Positions 45,686 to 60,324 of a DNA stretch of 64,000 nt are shown here, piece by piece; the stretch's first letter is position 1, and the number at the start of each line of letters is the position of its first letter. The stretch is taken from positions 6,758,001-6,822,000 of the forward strand of contig NC_134028.1 in the NCBI RefSeq assembly GCF_964204645.1. Reading direction: 5' to 3'. Both the position numbers and the translations under genes were made by a program. Source of the DNA: Tubulanus polymorphus (taxonomy: Eukaryota; Animalia; Nemertea). A model generated the notes under the pieces. It did not search any database. It was not told the origin of the DNA and saw only the letters and a list, made by a program, of their open reading frames with translations.

Positions 45686-48644
45686 ATCAAAGAATCAGAC
45701 AACGAATGTTTTTATATCCAGTTTGACCGAGCAGTCGTTTGATTGGCTGCTTGCGAAATCTGCTGCCTGTTGTGCATAATTTTACTTATACATCATAAGA
45801 ACTTTTTCTCGTGTTAGATTCTAAATTCATTTCATTTTATTCGTTTCTAGGTATAGCACACTAACGTCGATTCGCGTGTTCAATATCAGAATCGTCTTTC
45901 ATCGCAGAATTCTTATCTGATTTTACACATGAAAATCGGCAAAAATGAAAGTGATTAAGGAGAAAATAGATTAGAAACGAGTGAAATCTTGAAATCAGTA
46001 TCTAACATATGCAGATTGAGTGGGTTTTCTGTTATTTCATCTTTTAAGCTATGATGGGAATTGAAGAGAGAATAGAGTATAGACTTCCTGCTTACTCAGT
46101 TGTCGTAAAATGGAATTTTCTAGAAATCTATTCGGAAAAAACCTTGATTCTTGATCGATGAAATGTTTACAGTCGCAAAGCTACTGGGTACTAAGGAAGA
46201 GAGTGAACTTAATACAGCCAATAATTGGCTACGATTTCATGTCTTTACAATGAATTTTCTATTTACGGAGGTGTCCATTAGAAGCTCATATTGCTGTTTT
46301 TATTAGCCTGGAAGCACCAAATTTCATGCTTATACATGTAATATCAGATTGTTCTATAAAGTTCTATAATCCATTCCATGTGAAATTTAGCCCGACCAAA
46401 AACCTTTGGACCAGGCCCGAGCCAAATTTTAGCACAGGAAATGACTCACTTTGCTTTGTTCGAGCATTGTTTAATATTGAGTGTGGTTTGGCTCGGGCCT
46501 GGGCCAAATTATCTCCGTGTGATCGCGGCTCAGTCAAGTTTGACTCAAATGATGATTGAGATACAGAGTAGACTCCTCCTAACTCGAATCAAATAATTCG
46601 ATAATTCGACTTGAAAGCTTTCTTAGTAGAGGAGTCGACTGGAATTTATTTCTACCTAGGGGCGAATCCAGGAATTCCAATGGCAAACTTGGCGTCTTGT
46701 AGAATTTAGCTTTCAGGGAGACATTCTGAGGTATATTGATCGGGTTCAAATAAGCTTTGGTATTTTTGGTGGGTCGCTTGGCTTAACAATAAGTTCACTC
46801 TTTGTATTTCATACCCTTTAGTCCTTCCTGCAAAGGTAGATCCCTGTTTTTTCTGCAGGCTTCTAAAGGGGGCAATTTAGTGAACCCACAACTGGATCCG
46901 CCCCTGCTACAGTAACGTATGAACTCCGAATAGCGAGACCCATGGGCCTGGGATCAAACTGCTAAATGGTTTTAGCTGAAGCATTTTACAGTAAATCGGA
47001 CTTGATTCCATTTTTAACCAATATTCGTCAAATATCTTGTAGTTTTATGCAAAACTGTGATAATATATTTGATCATTATTAAAAGCAAGTTATATTTGAT
47101 AAATTGTTTTAGATGATGTATTATTATTGTACGTAGCATTGATTCACTGGTTAATTTGTATATCGTCATTTTATTGTTAATCGAATTTCATTTTTTCGCT
47201 CATAGGACGCGCTGTCTGCAGTCCGCGCGCGCGCTCGGGGTTATATCCGCTAATCGTGTCACAGCCACGCGTAGATCAATAGATGTGTCGCTTTTATCTT
47301 GAAGCAACCGAAACGTGAGAACGTAGCTCGTCGACCTAATTGCGATTTCATCGTTTAGAATAAGTTAACTGCTTAGTATGAGCAAATTTTGGAAAGTACC
47401 CTTCAAAAAGTCAGTTTGTCAAAAAAGTGGGTCAAGATTCTTCGAAATCTTGATGCAATTTTCATGATGTTTTTTTTTGGAAAGTTAAAAGTAATCCATT
47501 CTGAAATGGATTTATTCTGATACCCGGGCACTTCATATTCACGATCTGTCTTTTTTCAATAGGAAAGTGCCGCTTTTCACGGTGAAGTCCCATTTTTGTT
47601 TAGAATAGAACTGCCCCCCCCCCCCCCCCCCTAGGCCCCCAAGGAAGCTCGGCACAGACCTGTAAGAGCTCTTTTACTTGTATTCTAAAACAACATACGT
47701 TTTAGGCGGCTGATGATTGAAACTATCCTCATGAAGCGCTGCTTGCTTGCGTCACACATATATATGAGGGGGTCATGTTATTATACGGTTCTATTGTATT
47801 TGCTGCCCAAGTTACACACTTCTACTCCGTCTATTTATGAGCGTCAAGGATATACTCGGTAGACGTGAGAACTGTTTCAAGAGCAACTCGAAGAACCTCT
47901 TTATCTACATATGTTTATGTTAGCTTCGTCGTTTCTACCCCCCAAATGAACCCGCACGAATCGAGCCGGCAAGTGTAGGACATCGATTCCCGGTTCGAAG
48001 ATATATGAAAGATTAAGAAAAAAGACTGGCACAGTAAACATTGCGCAAGTCGGATCTTATGGAACCAAGAAAAATCCCCCCCCCCCCCGACTTTGAATAA
48101 GCTGGATCTTGGTATAGAACCTCCTGGCCGGTTGCACGTCGAAGCTCAGTAGTTTATTATGACCGCATCTTTCCGTTTCACGAACAAATTTAAACCCAAT
48201 TTTATTCTCCGCTGTGTCTAACCCTGTAATTAGAGATTGTCCAACCACACCAATCGTGCTTTAATTCCGCACGAATTCCCGTTTCTGTAGATGGAAGTGA
48301 ATTAAAGCAAAGTTTTCGCAGAAAAAAGTTTCGAAAAAAAATTTCTAAAATTTTAGTTTCAATCAAAATATTGTTACTAGCTAGGCAACTGACAATTTTC
48401 TAACGAAAAATAACTCAACGGACGGGCGAAGTCAAACTATGGGTCTTCGCCGAAATCCGGTGATGACGATGAAAATCAATGGTTGATTTATTTATGAAAA
48501 TATATAGTTTAAGATAGAATAAAAATGTTGTAATTGTATAAACACGATGGTGGTGATAAATAAATCATTCCACTTGATCAACACTTGTGTTTTTGTTTAG
48601 ATTTTTCTCGTGTATATTTTGGATGCTGTCTAGACCCTTATACA

Positions 48645-48814
48645 CAGTGGAACCTCGTTACGACGAACTTCTCGGGACCAGAAAATGTGTTCGTTCCGAT
48701 GATTCGTTATATCCAGTATGAAATTAATCAAATTGTCTTATTTGGGACAGAATTCTATATTTGTTATATCCGATGAATCGTTGTATCTGAGTTCGTTATA
48801 GCGAAGTTCCACTG
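48645..48814. mobile_element. Tc1/mariner-like MITE
   Basis: CAGTGGAACCTCGTTA ... TATAGCGAAGTTCCACTG(TA). A related copy lies at ~56595-56744. Confidence 0.6.
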
Positions 48815-49073
48815 TAATCGTTTTTCAAATTTCCTAAATCCAGAATTTGACTCTGGTTCGACATACATTTCATTAGGCACGTTGGGTTACTAAATGACAT
48901 GTTTTATATAAACTATTTCTTAGTTTCCACATACCCCTCCAAGTATGTTTTATACTGTCTGATTTTATGCTGTAAATCATATTTGAAAATAAAGCGTTCA
49001 TTCATTCATTCAGAATGATGTGACTCGATTACATTTTTCGAATGAGGATATGCTAGGAAATACAGATTTATAC

Positions 49074-49761
49074 GGTTGTAGGTAAGAATCTCCTGGGTAA
49101 AAATCCTCTAGGCAAAAAATCCCCAAATCTTTAAAGAGGTAAAAATCCCCACGATTTTCGAGATATTACTCCAGTTTTATTCATTCGCAATAAAACTGGA
49201 TCTAAAAATTTAAATAGCCATAGAATAAAGAGGCAAGATATCTTTACATTTTAAACTTAAACTTCACTTGTGTTTATGCGCACAGTTCCTGAAATGTTGG
49301 AATTGTTTGTAAAATTATTTCTAAAAATAACGAACTTCAGAGTTGGGTACCCATTTGTAGGCGCGCAGCAAAAACTGACCACAGATTTTTTTTATCATTC
49401 TCGTGCTGCATTTTTGCAAATTTGCCAAATGAATATTACATAACTGAAAACTAGAGACTCATACGGTTTGAATTTTACTAAAACTGTCAAAATCCAGACC
49501 AATGAAATATGATAAAACACGCATCATAATGGATTAAAAAAAGGAGAAGAAAAATTACCCAACAATACCGGACGTACAGAAATACCCTAACAAAATGGCG
49601 GCCAGCAACTGTAAAATGGCGTATTGAGTACGTCAATGTATGAATGGATTGGCTGCAGATGCAATCCAAATCAAAAGGTGGGGGATTTTTACCTACTTTG
49701 AATAATTACGTAAGGGTTTTTACTGAGGGGATTTTTACCGAAATGATATTTACCGCTAACC
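49074..49761. mobile_element. TIR element with GTAAAAATCCCC / GGGGATTTTTAC subterminal repeats
   Basis: Left-end motifs at 49074-49150 are mirrored at 49678-49761. Confidence 0.55.
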
Positions 49762-52478
49762 ATTTCTATTGCCTCTATTTTCCCTAATGATTACAATAAG
49801 TGCACATCATTATGCTGGGAATAGCAGTTTTGATGTCATCATTAATGTCATCATTAGCGGGGTAAGCCTGCTGAAAATTGTTACCCGTGGCAAGAGATGG
49901 GTATGAATATACGTACTCACTGGTTAGAATCTGATTGCAATTTTCATTCCAGAGGTTCCGATCCGCCCCTGCCCCCGACCCCGATTTAGGTGTAGCATCT
50001 AGTACGTAACAATACATTACTATCGGGTATGATCTTTGAAATATCATATAATGGGTATGATAAATGTTCTTGATTTAACATTCAATTCGCGACATACAAG
50101 CTCCGACTACATGACATTCTACTGTTTGGTTTCTACATTTTTCGGATAAGGCAAAAAATGTCACAACTAAAACTTGTCAAATGTACTATAGTAATAGTCA
50201 TGCAGACAAATAGTTGAAAATCATATAATTTCCACAGCCGGTGGGTCAAATTCTCTAAAACTCCAGAACCTAAACGGGTGCAAGGTCTTTGGGTCGCATA
50301 CGGAATATTTCAGTGGCCCTTGGCAGAAAAAATAATCTTTTTTCCAGAATTTTCGACGAAATGGTGCCAGCGTGTAACGGATAGTGCCATTTTTAGATGT
50401 TGTTCAGCAATATCGTTCCTATGCTATAATGACATGATGTAAATTTTGAGGGATCTGCCCCAGGAAAATATTGTCATATGCCGAGGGCGGATGATTTTTG
50501 GAAGGCACCAGGGTACTGAGGAACACAAAAGTAAATGCGAGTAAAAACGAGAGTTTTAGGGAAACCCCGACGTGGCGAGCGCCGTAGGCCACTGAATTTG
50601 CAAATGTGGACGTTTTCCAATGTTGTTTTCACGGCTATCATGAGGGAATAATTCATCTTTTTTTGTAGGTCTCAGATCTGACAGCACCTCATAACATTCA
50701 GGGCGACTAGTCTCAAATGGCCCCCCTTGGTTCCGCTCATGCATGCATTTCCTCTCCATAAGCAATTAGACCAGAGAACTCAGTTAAACTCCATGTTTTA
50801 GACTTCTTGTCGGCATAATATATATACATTAAAAATGTATGAGCCCAGCTGTCGGGTTTCTTGCATTGCTCTAAGCAGAAAGATAATTCATGCACAAAAT
50901 CGTATGCACATTTTTGTTGTTGTGCGTTGCGTGTTGAATATGTTGTTGCACGTTGTGCGCACGTTCTGCAAAGAGTACCGCCAGACAAAATAGATTTTGA
51001 ACCATCGTAATGTTTAAATATCGAATCTATTCATTTTTTTATGAATAAGAACGGATAGGCAACTCGTAAAAGCTTGCGATGGTTAATAAACATTTCAATT
51101 TATCAGAATTGAATTTAGATCATTGGCAATACTACTTTTAGACCGAAATGTTAACTCCGAGCTGTATATGTATAAACATATATAGTAATTATCAGGTTTT
51201 TTTTATTTTCTTTAATTCACGCGTGTGATCATCATAGTCCATCATTACATCGCCTGGCTTCGTAAATTAACCTAAATGATCATAGATTAATGTCAGATTA
51301 AGTAGACGCGTCAATACCCCCGAATATGCAGGCAGAAATTATCACTACGTGCGCACAATTTCACGAATAATCATGTCGCTATTATTGAATCAGTGGCACC
51401 AGACTTGTCTTATATACAAACAGTTTGAAGGGCATGCAAGGACTTTTCAAAAATTGGATAACCATTTTTGTTTTGGCTTGAATGTAATACAGATGTTGAT
51501 AACGCTTTCAATTCTAGTGTAGATAAGAATCCCATGACAACCAACTATACTATACAGGGTCTTGATAAACTGCTTTCCCACAGGGGCCTGGCGCAAAGAC
51601 TTTTTTACCCCAAATCCCACCCCCCCCCCCCCCCCATGTATCCTATACGTACGCGAGTAGTACTATAACTAGTACTCAGGGGTCAAAATCTTTTTGCACC
51701 AGCCTTCTGTTGCTTTTCCCAGTTTCGCGCAGAACCTTAGCTTTACTGAGACCATAATAATATCAAAAGTTTCTGTTTTTTTTTCGTGAATGTGGTGACT
51801 TTAAAGGTTCTATGACTCCGGTTTGCATTGAAATGGTTCTACGTATAGGTGCACGTGATCGCGTTGGTTCTAAAAAAATCTCGGTTGCTAATGATTGCGG
51901 ATACAAGATTTTACATCACCATCAAATGACTTTTGGTTATTTTTTACCATTGGGTACGTGTGCGAGACAATTATCTCTGCAGACCTCAATCCATGATGTA
52001 TGCATTTGTAATCATTTCCCTGCGCCGAAACACTGTTTAAAAATACTGATAAAGTCATATGATGTAAATGGATTTTTTTAGAAACATCAACAAAAGTGAT
52101 AACGTTTTTGCCAATTTTGCTTAACGGGCAACTCGAATTCATATTTACTTGTTTTTTCAGGTTATACCAATTTTCTGCGAATGATCAATATTACCACAAT
52201 ACCGTCGCGTCGGGAAAAATATACCCAACCCTGGGAGATTATGTATTTTAGATATGCATCGGACAATCAACAAGTACCAGTTATAACAAAGCGATATTGT
52301 TCGATATTTTTCCCGCGTCGAATGAAACGCCGGGTGCAATTCCCTAAAAATGGCTCAAATTGCCCTGAAATTCCTCTTGAAAATGAAAAATATCAAGCTG
52401 ATACCTAAAAAAACTTAAAATTCATAAGCTTGTTCTCTGTATTATATATACTTTTTCATATTTTCTGATGAGCTTTCT

Positions 52479-52698
52479 ATGGTGGCTGATTCGGGCCATA
52501 CTAAACAATTTTTCACGTTGGCCCGTTTTTTGGTTTTCTCGCGCGAGAATTCAAAAAGTTCGGTTTTCTCGCGCGAGAATTCAAAACTTTTTGAATTCTC
52601 GCGCGAGAAAACCAAAAAACAGGCCAATGTGAACATTTATTTATCGTTGCTTTAGCCGTACAGAAAATTTTTTCAGTATGGCCCGAATCAGCCACCAT
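52479..52698. mobile_element. Palindromic MITE with 8-bp TSD upstream of globin 1
   Basis: TIRs ATGGTGGCTGATTCGGGCCATACT / AGTATGGCCCGAATCAGCCACCAT and TSD AGCTTTCT (52471-52478, 52699-52706). Internal TTCTCGCGCGAGAA palindromes occur three times. Confidence 0.8.
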
Positions 52699-53164
52699 AG
52701 CTTTCTTTCGGAGTGCCATTCTATTTATATGATATGCCCTATCTTAGCAGTGCACCTCTCCCTGATTCAGACCCTAGAACCAGATAGTTGGATACGGATA
52801 CAGCTCTTTGCGTGTTTGTGTGTCGCGTTCACGGGTTTCGCACGATACGCGTTCGAAAATCGTTGTAACGATCTTGGAGTAATACTCCAAGACACGATGT
52901 GCGGTTCGAGTTTTAGTCGCGTTTAATTCATCTCTAAAACGCCAATCGATTCGCGTTTTAATCGTGAACGAGACGGAAAATAAACGTTATCGATGTTAAG
53001 TTTATTCTTATAAGCTGTACCGCGCGATAGAGGCCTGGGCGTATATGACAGATGTAGCGCAAAACAGAACTATAGTAAATCGATTTTTCTTCGAAATTTA
53101 AAAAGTTTGTTGGCTCGAACACAATAAACGGATGAGCCACATCAACAACAGCCTGGGACTGGCG

Positions 53165-53233
53165 TACGTGATGGACTCGGCGTATTCGAGACAGGGTTGG
53201 CTGTGACGTCACACTCTCAAAAACACATAAATA
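53165..53233 (+). promoter_or_regulatory. Globin 1 proximal promoter: HRE-like TACGTG, CRE TGACGTCA, TATA-like CATAAATA
   Basis: TACGTG 53165-53170, TGACGTCA 53204-53211, CATAAATA 53226-53233. Same motifs and spacing at 60256-60324. Confidence 0.65.
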
Positions 53234-53318
53234 TCGGCGGAGCGATATGAGACGCCGTAGAATATCACTGACTTTTGTCGATCTAACACATCGCTGATAA
53301 TCTTGTCTATTCTTCATC

Positions 53319-54976
53319 ATGGTAGGTTTTTCATTTTAACTCAGTATTGCTTGCTTTGCTTTCATTTCTTTTTCTCGAAGAAATTTGTCATTTTTTGTTT
53401 TGGTTGATTATTCGTTTACTTAAACATCATTCGTGTTACTTTTTCATCGAAGATTATGTTCTTTCCATTTAGATATTTATGTGCAATCTCAGTATATGTA
53501 TTAAGAGATTATGTTGAATAAATTCACTATTAGTTTTTGGATGAAGAAGAACAGATAGGCAAGGACCGCTAGAAGGTCGCGATGGCGAATAAATATATTA
53601 GTTTATCTTGAGGTCGTGTTCCTGATACATTGCAGAACGCTGATAAACAATGAATGAAATTCTTTAGATATTTTCTGTGGTCGATTGTTTCAGTTTACAC
53701 GGACATTACGTTATCTAAATCCATGAGAACCCGACTTTTCCATTGGGTTGAATTTTCGAAATCATCTTGATTCTCTCGCATCCTGGAAATTTACAATAGT
53801 TGGGCCCGGTGACAAGCGATTTTATCACCGCGTGTCAAAACGCCGTGTGAACGCTCACCAAAATTTGGTCCGGTCTAAACTTGGACCGGACCAGGTACGG
53901 GCCCATTTGACCGGTCTAACTAGTTGTCGTGTGAACGCGGCTTAAGATAATACCTAATCTAAGGTATCGTAGCCTTCGAAAGCATTTTTGAGGCATATAT
54001 TTTTCAATTTGTTTTACAATAACATACAGTTACTTAATCATATTCAAAAGTTGCGGTAGGCGCACTTGGTAAACGTAAAGCTTCTCGTAATTTGCAGGAT
54101 TCGACCAAAACCCATTTTTCATTTCAATCTGTGAAATGACGAATCACCTACGTATAAGTACTTCATTCGATGATAATTAGATGCTAATTGCCCCACGTAT
54201 AGAAACATAATCGTTCGTATATTACGATTTCTTTCAAAGTAATGTTTGTTAAAAATTCAAAAGAATTTTTAGAATGTTTTACGTCATTTCTTTAGATTTG
54301 CGGCTGAGAACTATTTTCTGGGTAATCTCAATTTGTAGCTTCAAATGCTCAAAGAAGAGCCGTAATCTATCTATCTTATTTCAAGGGTCTGTCTGGAGAT
54401 GAAATCGCTGCTGTGAAAAGTACATTTAAAACATTTGAAGCTGATCTGGAGGGAACTGGAACTATTTTCTATGTTGAGTACGTTTCGTCTAAACAGACCG
54501 TACACTTTTGATTGTTCAAAAATCATCCTTTACGAAAGTTATCTATTTTTGCAGATTCTTCAATAAGTTCCCGCAAAATAAAGCCTTGTTCAAGTCTGAT
54601 GATCCGAATAGTGCGCAGTTCAAACACCAGGCAAAGATGACCATGAAAAAGATTGGCGAACTGGTCGCCGTACTTGATGGTGGCTTGGACGCAAAACTGA
54701 AAGATTTAGGTGTATTCCACAAAGGAAAAAACCTCACACCCGCTCAGTTTGCTGTGCGTCGCTTTCGAGATACTTTACAACGAAATTATCACGGACTATA
54801 TTCCGTCTCATACTTTTCCTTCGATAACAATGCTATATTTTTTATTCTAGACATGTGAAGGACCGATGAAGTACACTCTTTCAAAGGTACTCGGAGCCAA
54901 GTACGATGCCACGGCGCAGACTGGTTGGGACAAAGTTCTGAAAACCATTATCGCCGGCGTTTCAAAGGAATTATAG
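53319..54976 (+). CDS. Intracellular globin 1 (139 aa)
   Basis: Exons 53319-53321 (ATG only), 54386-54477, 54555-54753, 54851-54976 with canonical B12.2 and G7.0 introns. Protein MGLSGDEIAAVKSTF...IFYVEFFNKFPQNKALF...FKHQAKMTM...LGVFHKGKNL...GWDKVL has CD1 Phe and F8 His. Confidence 0.92.
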
Positions 54977-57900
54977 ACGTTTCGATTCACAGTAATTTAT
55001 ATTATAAATGCATGTAATGTGATATGGTCCGGTTAGATTTAGTGAAACTATCAACCGCGGGTAAAAATTGATTTAATGAATTTTATAACATGTCTGTTAA
55101 AACTTTGATATAATGGATCGATATCCTGGCCTTCGTCACTACACTATAGTGACAATTCTATCAACACGAAATTAATGTCTTCCATTTTGACGCCAGTGGT
55201 TTTGTCTTTATACTGTCGATATTGCTTTATTACTATCGAATAAACTGACTAATCATTTAATGTAAAATATGTTTTTATTACTACAAATAAAAGACATACA
55301 CTTGCCGTCTGAATTTTATCGTAAATATCGCGAACGCGCACGTTCTATTCTTTCATTTGTTATCGTCACAGTGGAAACTTCAAAACATGGAGCGGGAGCA
55401 GTGCAGAGATCACGTCCACCCAACATCCGCATTTTTCTTCGCGTGGAACGATCGGCAATTGTTTCTAAGGAAAACTTTTAAAACCCCTAAAAATGCAAAA
55501 TAGTGCCAGTAACCTGGAAAAACCGAACAAAAAGTTGGATATTTCATAATGATGAAGCATTTCACACTTTTATATTTCAATTTCACGAACTATTTTGGCA
55601 TCAAACCGACCAATAGTAATGTATTAGTAATACGACTGGTCTTCTAACAAAGGCATTTCTCACAAAACCAAAGAAGAATTACCGGGGTCCACTCGTATGA
55701 AAGCTCAGGCTGCAAAAACCATGATGGCATTGAATACGTTGCTAAACTCAGGGACCCGGCAGTATTGGTTGTTTTGGAGTTGGTAAAGAACATTATATGG
55801 TGGGTATTGTGGACGTGCAGAGCTTATAAGTTGACCGGTTGACCTTTACTTTTTAAAAATCCCGGCAGCTATACATAGCTGATGATTTCATTGCACTTTG
55901 AAAAATGACCCGGCCGATTAGGAGAAACAAGGTATAATTTTTTAGCCTTGAAGGGTCTAGTCGTATAACACAAGGGTGGAATATAACCGAAGCTTTAAGG
56001 CGTCTGTAAGCCTTCCGGGCGCGCTGTCATTTTCTGAAGAACCTACTGTTACGCCCTGGAATCTGCCCAAATATCGTGACATCACAGAATTATGTATAAC
56101 AACCGATTCGATGTAAATATATGTTTAACAAACAGTTTTTTTGAATTTTGTCTGGAATGTAAAATCTCCGCTGATGTGGGCATTAGAAACGGCACTAGGA
56201 GCGGAGAGATTTAATGAATTTACGAAAAACGCTTGGAGTTCAGTAATTGACGTCATCATCTCGGTCGTCTGTTAAACTGGTGATATAATCGAGGCTGGAA
56301 AAGAATCCGACGAGATATACTTAAAACACGGGACAGCTCCTCCTGATCAGTTCCTCCAAGCTCGTCCCTGCTCGAATTCTGATGATTCTGATAAATTGAC
56401 GAATTGATTTTTCTCTGATTGCGACGTGTCCATAAGATCCCTAAAATGGACAAACATTTATTTAGTAGGCCTCCGTATGCATGCCTATGGAAAATAAAGC
56501 GAATATAAATGAAAAGTTACGTTCGGGAAAAACTAACCGCGCTGAATGGTTTATGATCGTTGGAAAAATTGATTTCATTTGAAAAATATGTTTTCAGTGG
56601 AACCTCGTTCTAACGACCTCGGAACTACGATGATCTGTTACACGAACATATACTTTCTTATGTCAAATTGATCTAACGAACCATCGGATATTACGAACTT
56701 TTAATTTGTTCCTCCGTCGTTTCGTTAGAACGATATTCCACTGTATCTACGTATACGAAGAAATGCGTGCGTAAAAAACTTACTTGTACACGCTTTTTTT
56801 TAAAATTTCCCAGTCCATTCTCCGTCATGTGACTGCTGGCTTTACATTGACAGCACATTCCGTCTAGATATACCAGTCGCACCAGCTGGGCATTTGTTAT
56901 TGTTACGGTATTATTGTCCCCACCGGCGTAATGTATCGAACCTTCAGTACAGCCGTTGGCATCACGTAATGGCTTTATCTAGTTTTTCTCGGGGACGGAT
57001 TTAGAGGTCATTGGGACCGGATACACCATATATATGTATCATTTTTTCGAAATTTAAATTTAAATAAACAATCTTGTTTTCCCCTCTGAATCCTCGCTCA
57101 CTGAAATCCTTGATCCGCCCCTGCCTAGTTTCAAAATTGGTGAAGTCTCATGTCAAAGTCACAGGTGCTCGTATCATCAGAGTTGTAGGTGCTGCAAAAA
57201 CGATTATCTTTTAATAACAAGAGGCCAACGACGCACACAAACTGCTCAACTTCTATCGCTTATTATTTCGTTATTCCTCATGCATTTTGGTAATACAGCC
57301 CTGAAATCAAAGCTAATAGCCTTCTCTTATTTTATAGGCACATGATTAGCAGATCGTCTTTCGAGCCCTACGGCCAAAGTCCCAAGTATCCGCCACCGGT
57401 ATCAGATTGGATACCATGTTCAATTACAGTCAATTTGGATAGATGGCGTAGGGATATAGACTGCTGGAACCATATCATAAGGCAACAGGCGTTTTAGCGA
57501 TGTTATACAGGGGTTGATTATCCCGAACAACACTTAGCAATTCAAATAAAATATAATATCTATCGTAAAATATCTTTCCATACAATAGAGGAAAATCTAT
57601 CATTTTTCATGTAAAGTGCCAACAAATTTCATGAGAATGACCGTAATTTGCATAATTTATGCGTAAATCAAAAACCCGTTCATCATGTTTTGTAGCTTAG
57701 TGTGGTCATTACTTGTGCCAAGTTTCAGAATTTTTCAAGTCTTGTTACAGGATTTCTATTGGAAATAAACTTAGATTCGGACTAATGATCAGAAGCAAAA
57801 ACGAAAAACAAAGAGGACCACCAACCGTCTGTTTTTGGCCGAATCATCACGATAGCATATTCATGAACAAATGAGAGTATTTTTGTAAAGCAACAACAGA

Positions 57901-58499
57901 ACAACCGGAGATGGTGCAGCATCTTCAACACGCCTACAAATCTGCATTTTATACAACACCCGATGTTCACTGCCCCCTGGTGACTAAACTAATAAACCAA
58001 TCGAAAATTCAGAGCATGGGATAAGGCTTATTACGCCTTAGCCTATTACTAGCCTTGCTTTATGCCCATTTATTCTATTTTAACACGTATTCATGGAAAA
58101 GTTGAATCCTTAAGAATCCATAATCGATTTGAGGAATTAATTCTTTTTGTGAATCTGGATATCTGGATTATGGCACGGCAACACTATAGCTTTGTTCCTG
58201 TTAACCCGAAGTTGATTCCTACATGGAAAAGAACAAATTCCCATATAAATCTAATGATACATTTTTGATCGTTCTGCATTTCAATTCGGTTGCAAGTCTT
58301 TCACAAAATAAAATACTTTCTCCTCAATCAAAGTAATGAGAACTATACCTATATATCATGGGTATAAACTGTTTATGCAGTTTTTTTCAAAATGCAGAAA
58401 TCTTAATCAAGTACGATGGATGATGGATGTAAATAATCTTCGTTCATCTCATCAAAAAACATGCGTTTAGTACCTACTCGCTTAGTGATTTATCTATCA

Positions 58500-58809
58500 G
58501 CGGCGGATCCAGGATTCCAGATGGAGGGGTCTAGGGGAGCAGAAATTTTTTTAAAGATAAGACAAGCGGGGACGCGTTCTGGGCACGATCACAGTACGAT
58601 TTAACTCGCAATTTGAATAGTGATTTCATAAACGATGTTGGACTGCCGTAAAAGGCGCTGGTAATTGTAGACGACGAGATAAGTTAACGCATTATCAGGG
58701 ATTTTTTCACATGTTAGCTTCGTTCCCACGAAAAGGTCAGTCCATAGAAAATTAGCTAGGACTTTAGGGGGATGCACATGTCCCATGCGCACCCCCTGGA
58801 TCCACCGCT
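58500..58809. mobile_element. GGCGGATCCAGG...CCTGGATCCACC-type MITE
   Basis: Inverted termini. A similar element lies at ~46658-46905 and half-elements at ~57110 and ~62425. Confidence 0.5.
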
Positions 58810-60255
58810 TTCTATTTACAGTCGACTCGGTGAATTTCGCACAAATTCATTTTGTTTAAAACCTTCTTTTTCCCTGATTCAAAACGTTCAGCGGCATCAG
58901 ACGTCATGTGATGCATAAAATTGATTCTGGTGGTGTGATAATCAGGATTTTTATTGATCGTCGCAGCCCGTCATTATTTCAGCTGGCTTCGTGTATTAGC
59001 CTAAATGATCGTATATACATAGATTAATGTCAGATTAAGTGGATGTTAATACCTCTTATATACAGGCAGAAATTATTACTACGTGCACACAATTTCACGA
59101 ATAATCATATCGCTATTATTGAATCAGTGGCACCAGACTTGCGAAGAGAGTGAAGGGCGCACAAGGACTTTTCAAAAGACAGCAAAATCGGTTTTTGTTT
59201 TGTGTAATACATAGGTCGATGACGACGTACAATTCTTATTTCAGACATGTCAAACCAACTATACTACACAGGGTCCTGATCAACTACTTTCCCACAGGGG
59301 CCTGGCGCAAAAACATTTTTACCACCTCCCCCAGCTTGTATCCTGGTACGTAACTTAAACAGTACCTAGGATATTGGGGTCAAAATATTTATTTGCGCCC
59401 GGCGCGCCTTTGTGGCTTTTCCCAGTCTTGCAGAGAACTTTCGCTTTACTGAAACCATACAAATCTAAACAGTTTCGTCTGTGTCTGTCGTAAATGTGGG
59501 AAATGGAAAAAGAGTCTTCTAACTCAAGTTGGCATCGAAAAGGGTTCTAACAAAAATATGAATTTTTGGTAACTATGTATGGGTTCGCGTAACCGTGTGG
59601 CGTGATCTAATAATGTAACTTGTTACATACAGCTAATTATTGCGGATACAGGATTTTACAACGCCATAAAATGACTTTTGTACTTTTTAACCCGACTTGT
59701 ATACGTGACAATTATCTCTGCAGACCTCAATCTATGATGTATGCATTTGTAATAATTTCCCTGCGTCGGAAACCGTTTTAAAAATGCCGATAAAGTCATA
59801 TGATGTTACTGGATTTTTTCTAGAAACTTCAAAGATGGAGATTGCGTTTTTGCCAATTTTGGCAAGACGAATTTATATTTACTCAGTTTCTTTTCAGTTT
59901 ATAAAGGCCTTCTGATTTTCTGTGAATGATCAATATTACCACATGCTATCGCCTTGATGGAAAAAATATATCCAGGGATTTTAGATAATGGTCAACACGG
60001 TACCAGTAATTTCGAAACAATAGGCTTATAGTTTGAGATTTTTCCGTAGAATTAACCCCGAGTGCCCACCCAGTCCCAAAAGTTTCGTTAGAATAATATC
60101 GGACATTCTGGAGATGATTATGAAGATTTATGGCTATGTATGACAGATGTAGCATAAAACAAAACTGGTAGAATGATCTTTCTTCGAAATATAAAAATAA
60201 TTGTTAGCTCGAACGCAGTAAACGGATGAGCCAAATCAACAGTCAAGGACTGGCG

Positions 60256-60324
60256 TACGTGCTGAGCTCGGCGTATTCGAAACAGGGTGGGCTGTGACGT
60301 CATACTCTCAAAAACACATAAATA
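60256..60324 (+). promoter_or_regulatory. Globin 2 proximal promoter: HRE-like, CRE and TATA-like motifs
   Basis: TACGTG 60256-60261, TGACGTCA 60295-60302, CATAAATA 60317-60324. Confidence 0.65.

Noticed and set aside
52958-53320. 120-aa minus-strand ORF with a counterpart at 60118-60411
   Set aside because: Antisense to the conserved globin promoter/5' UTR, and the frames diverge between copies.
53319-54400. N-myristoylation of the globins (MG start)
   Set aside because: MGLSGD/MGLTGD lacks the Cys and position-6 Ser typical of acylated globins and resembles an ordinary myoglobin-like start.
54525-54554. TCCTTTAC in globin intron 2 resembling a U12 branch site
   Set aside because: Donors are GTACGT/GTAAGT (U2-type), with no RTATCCT.
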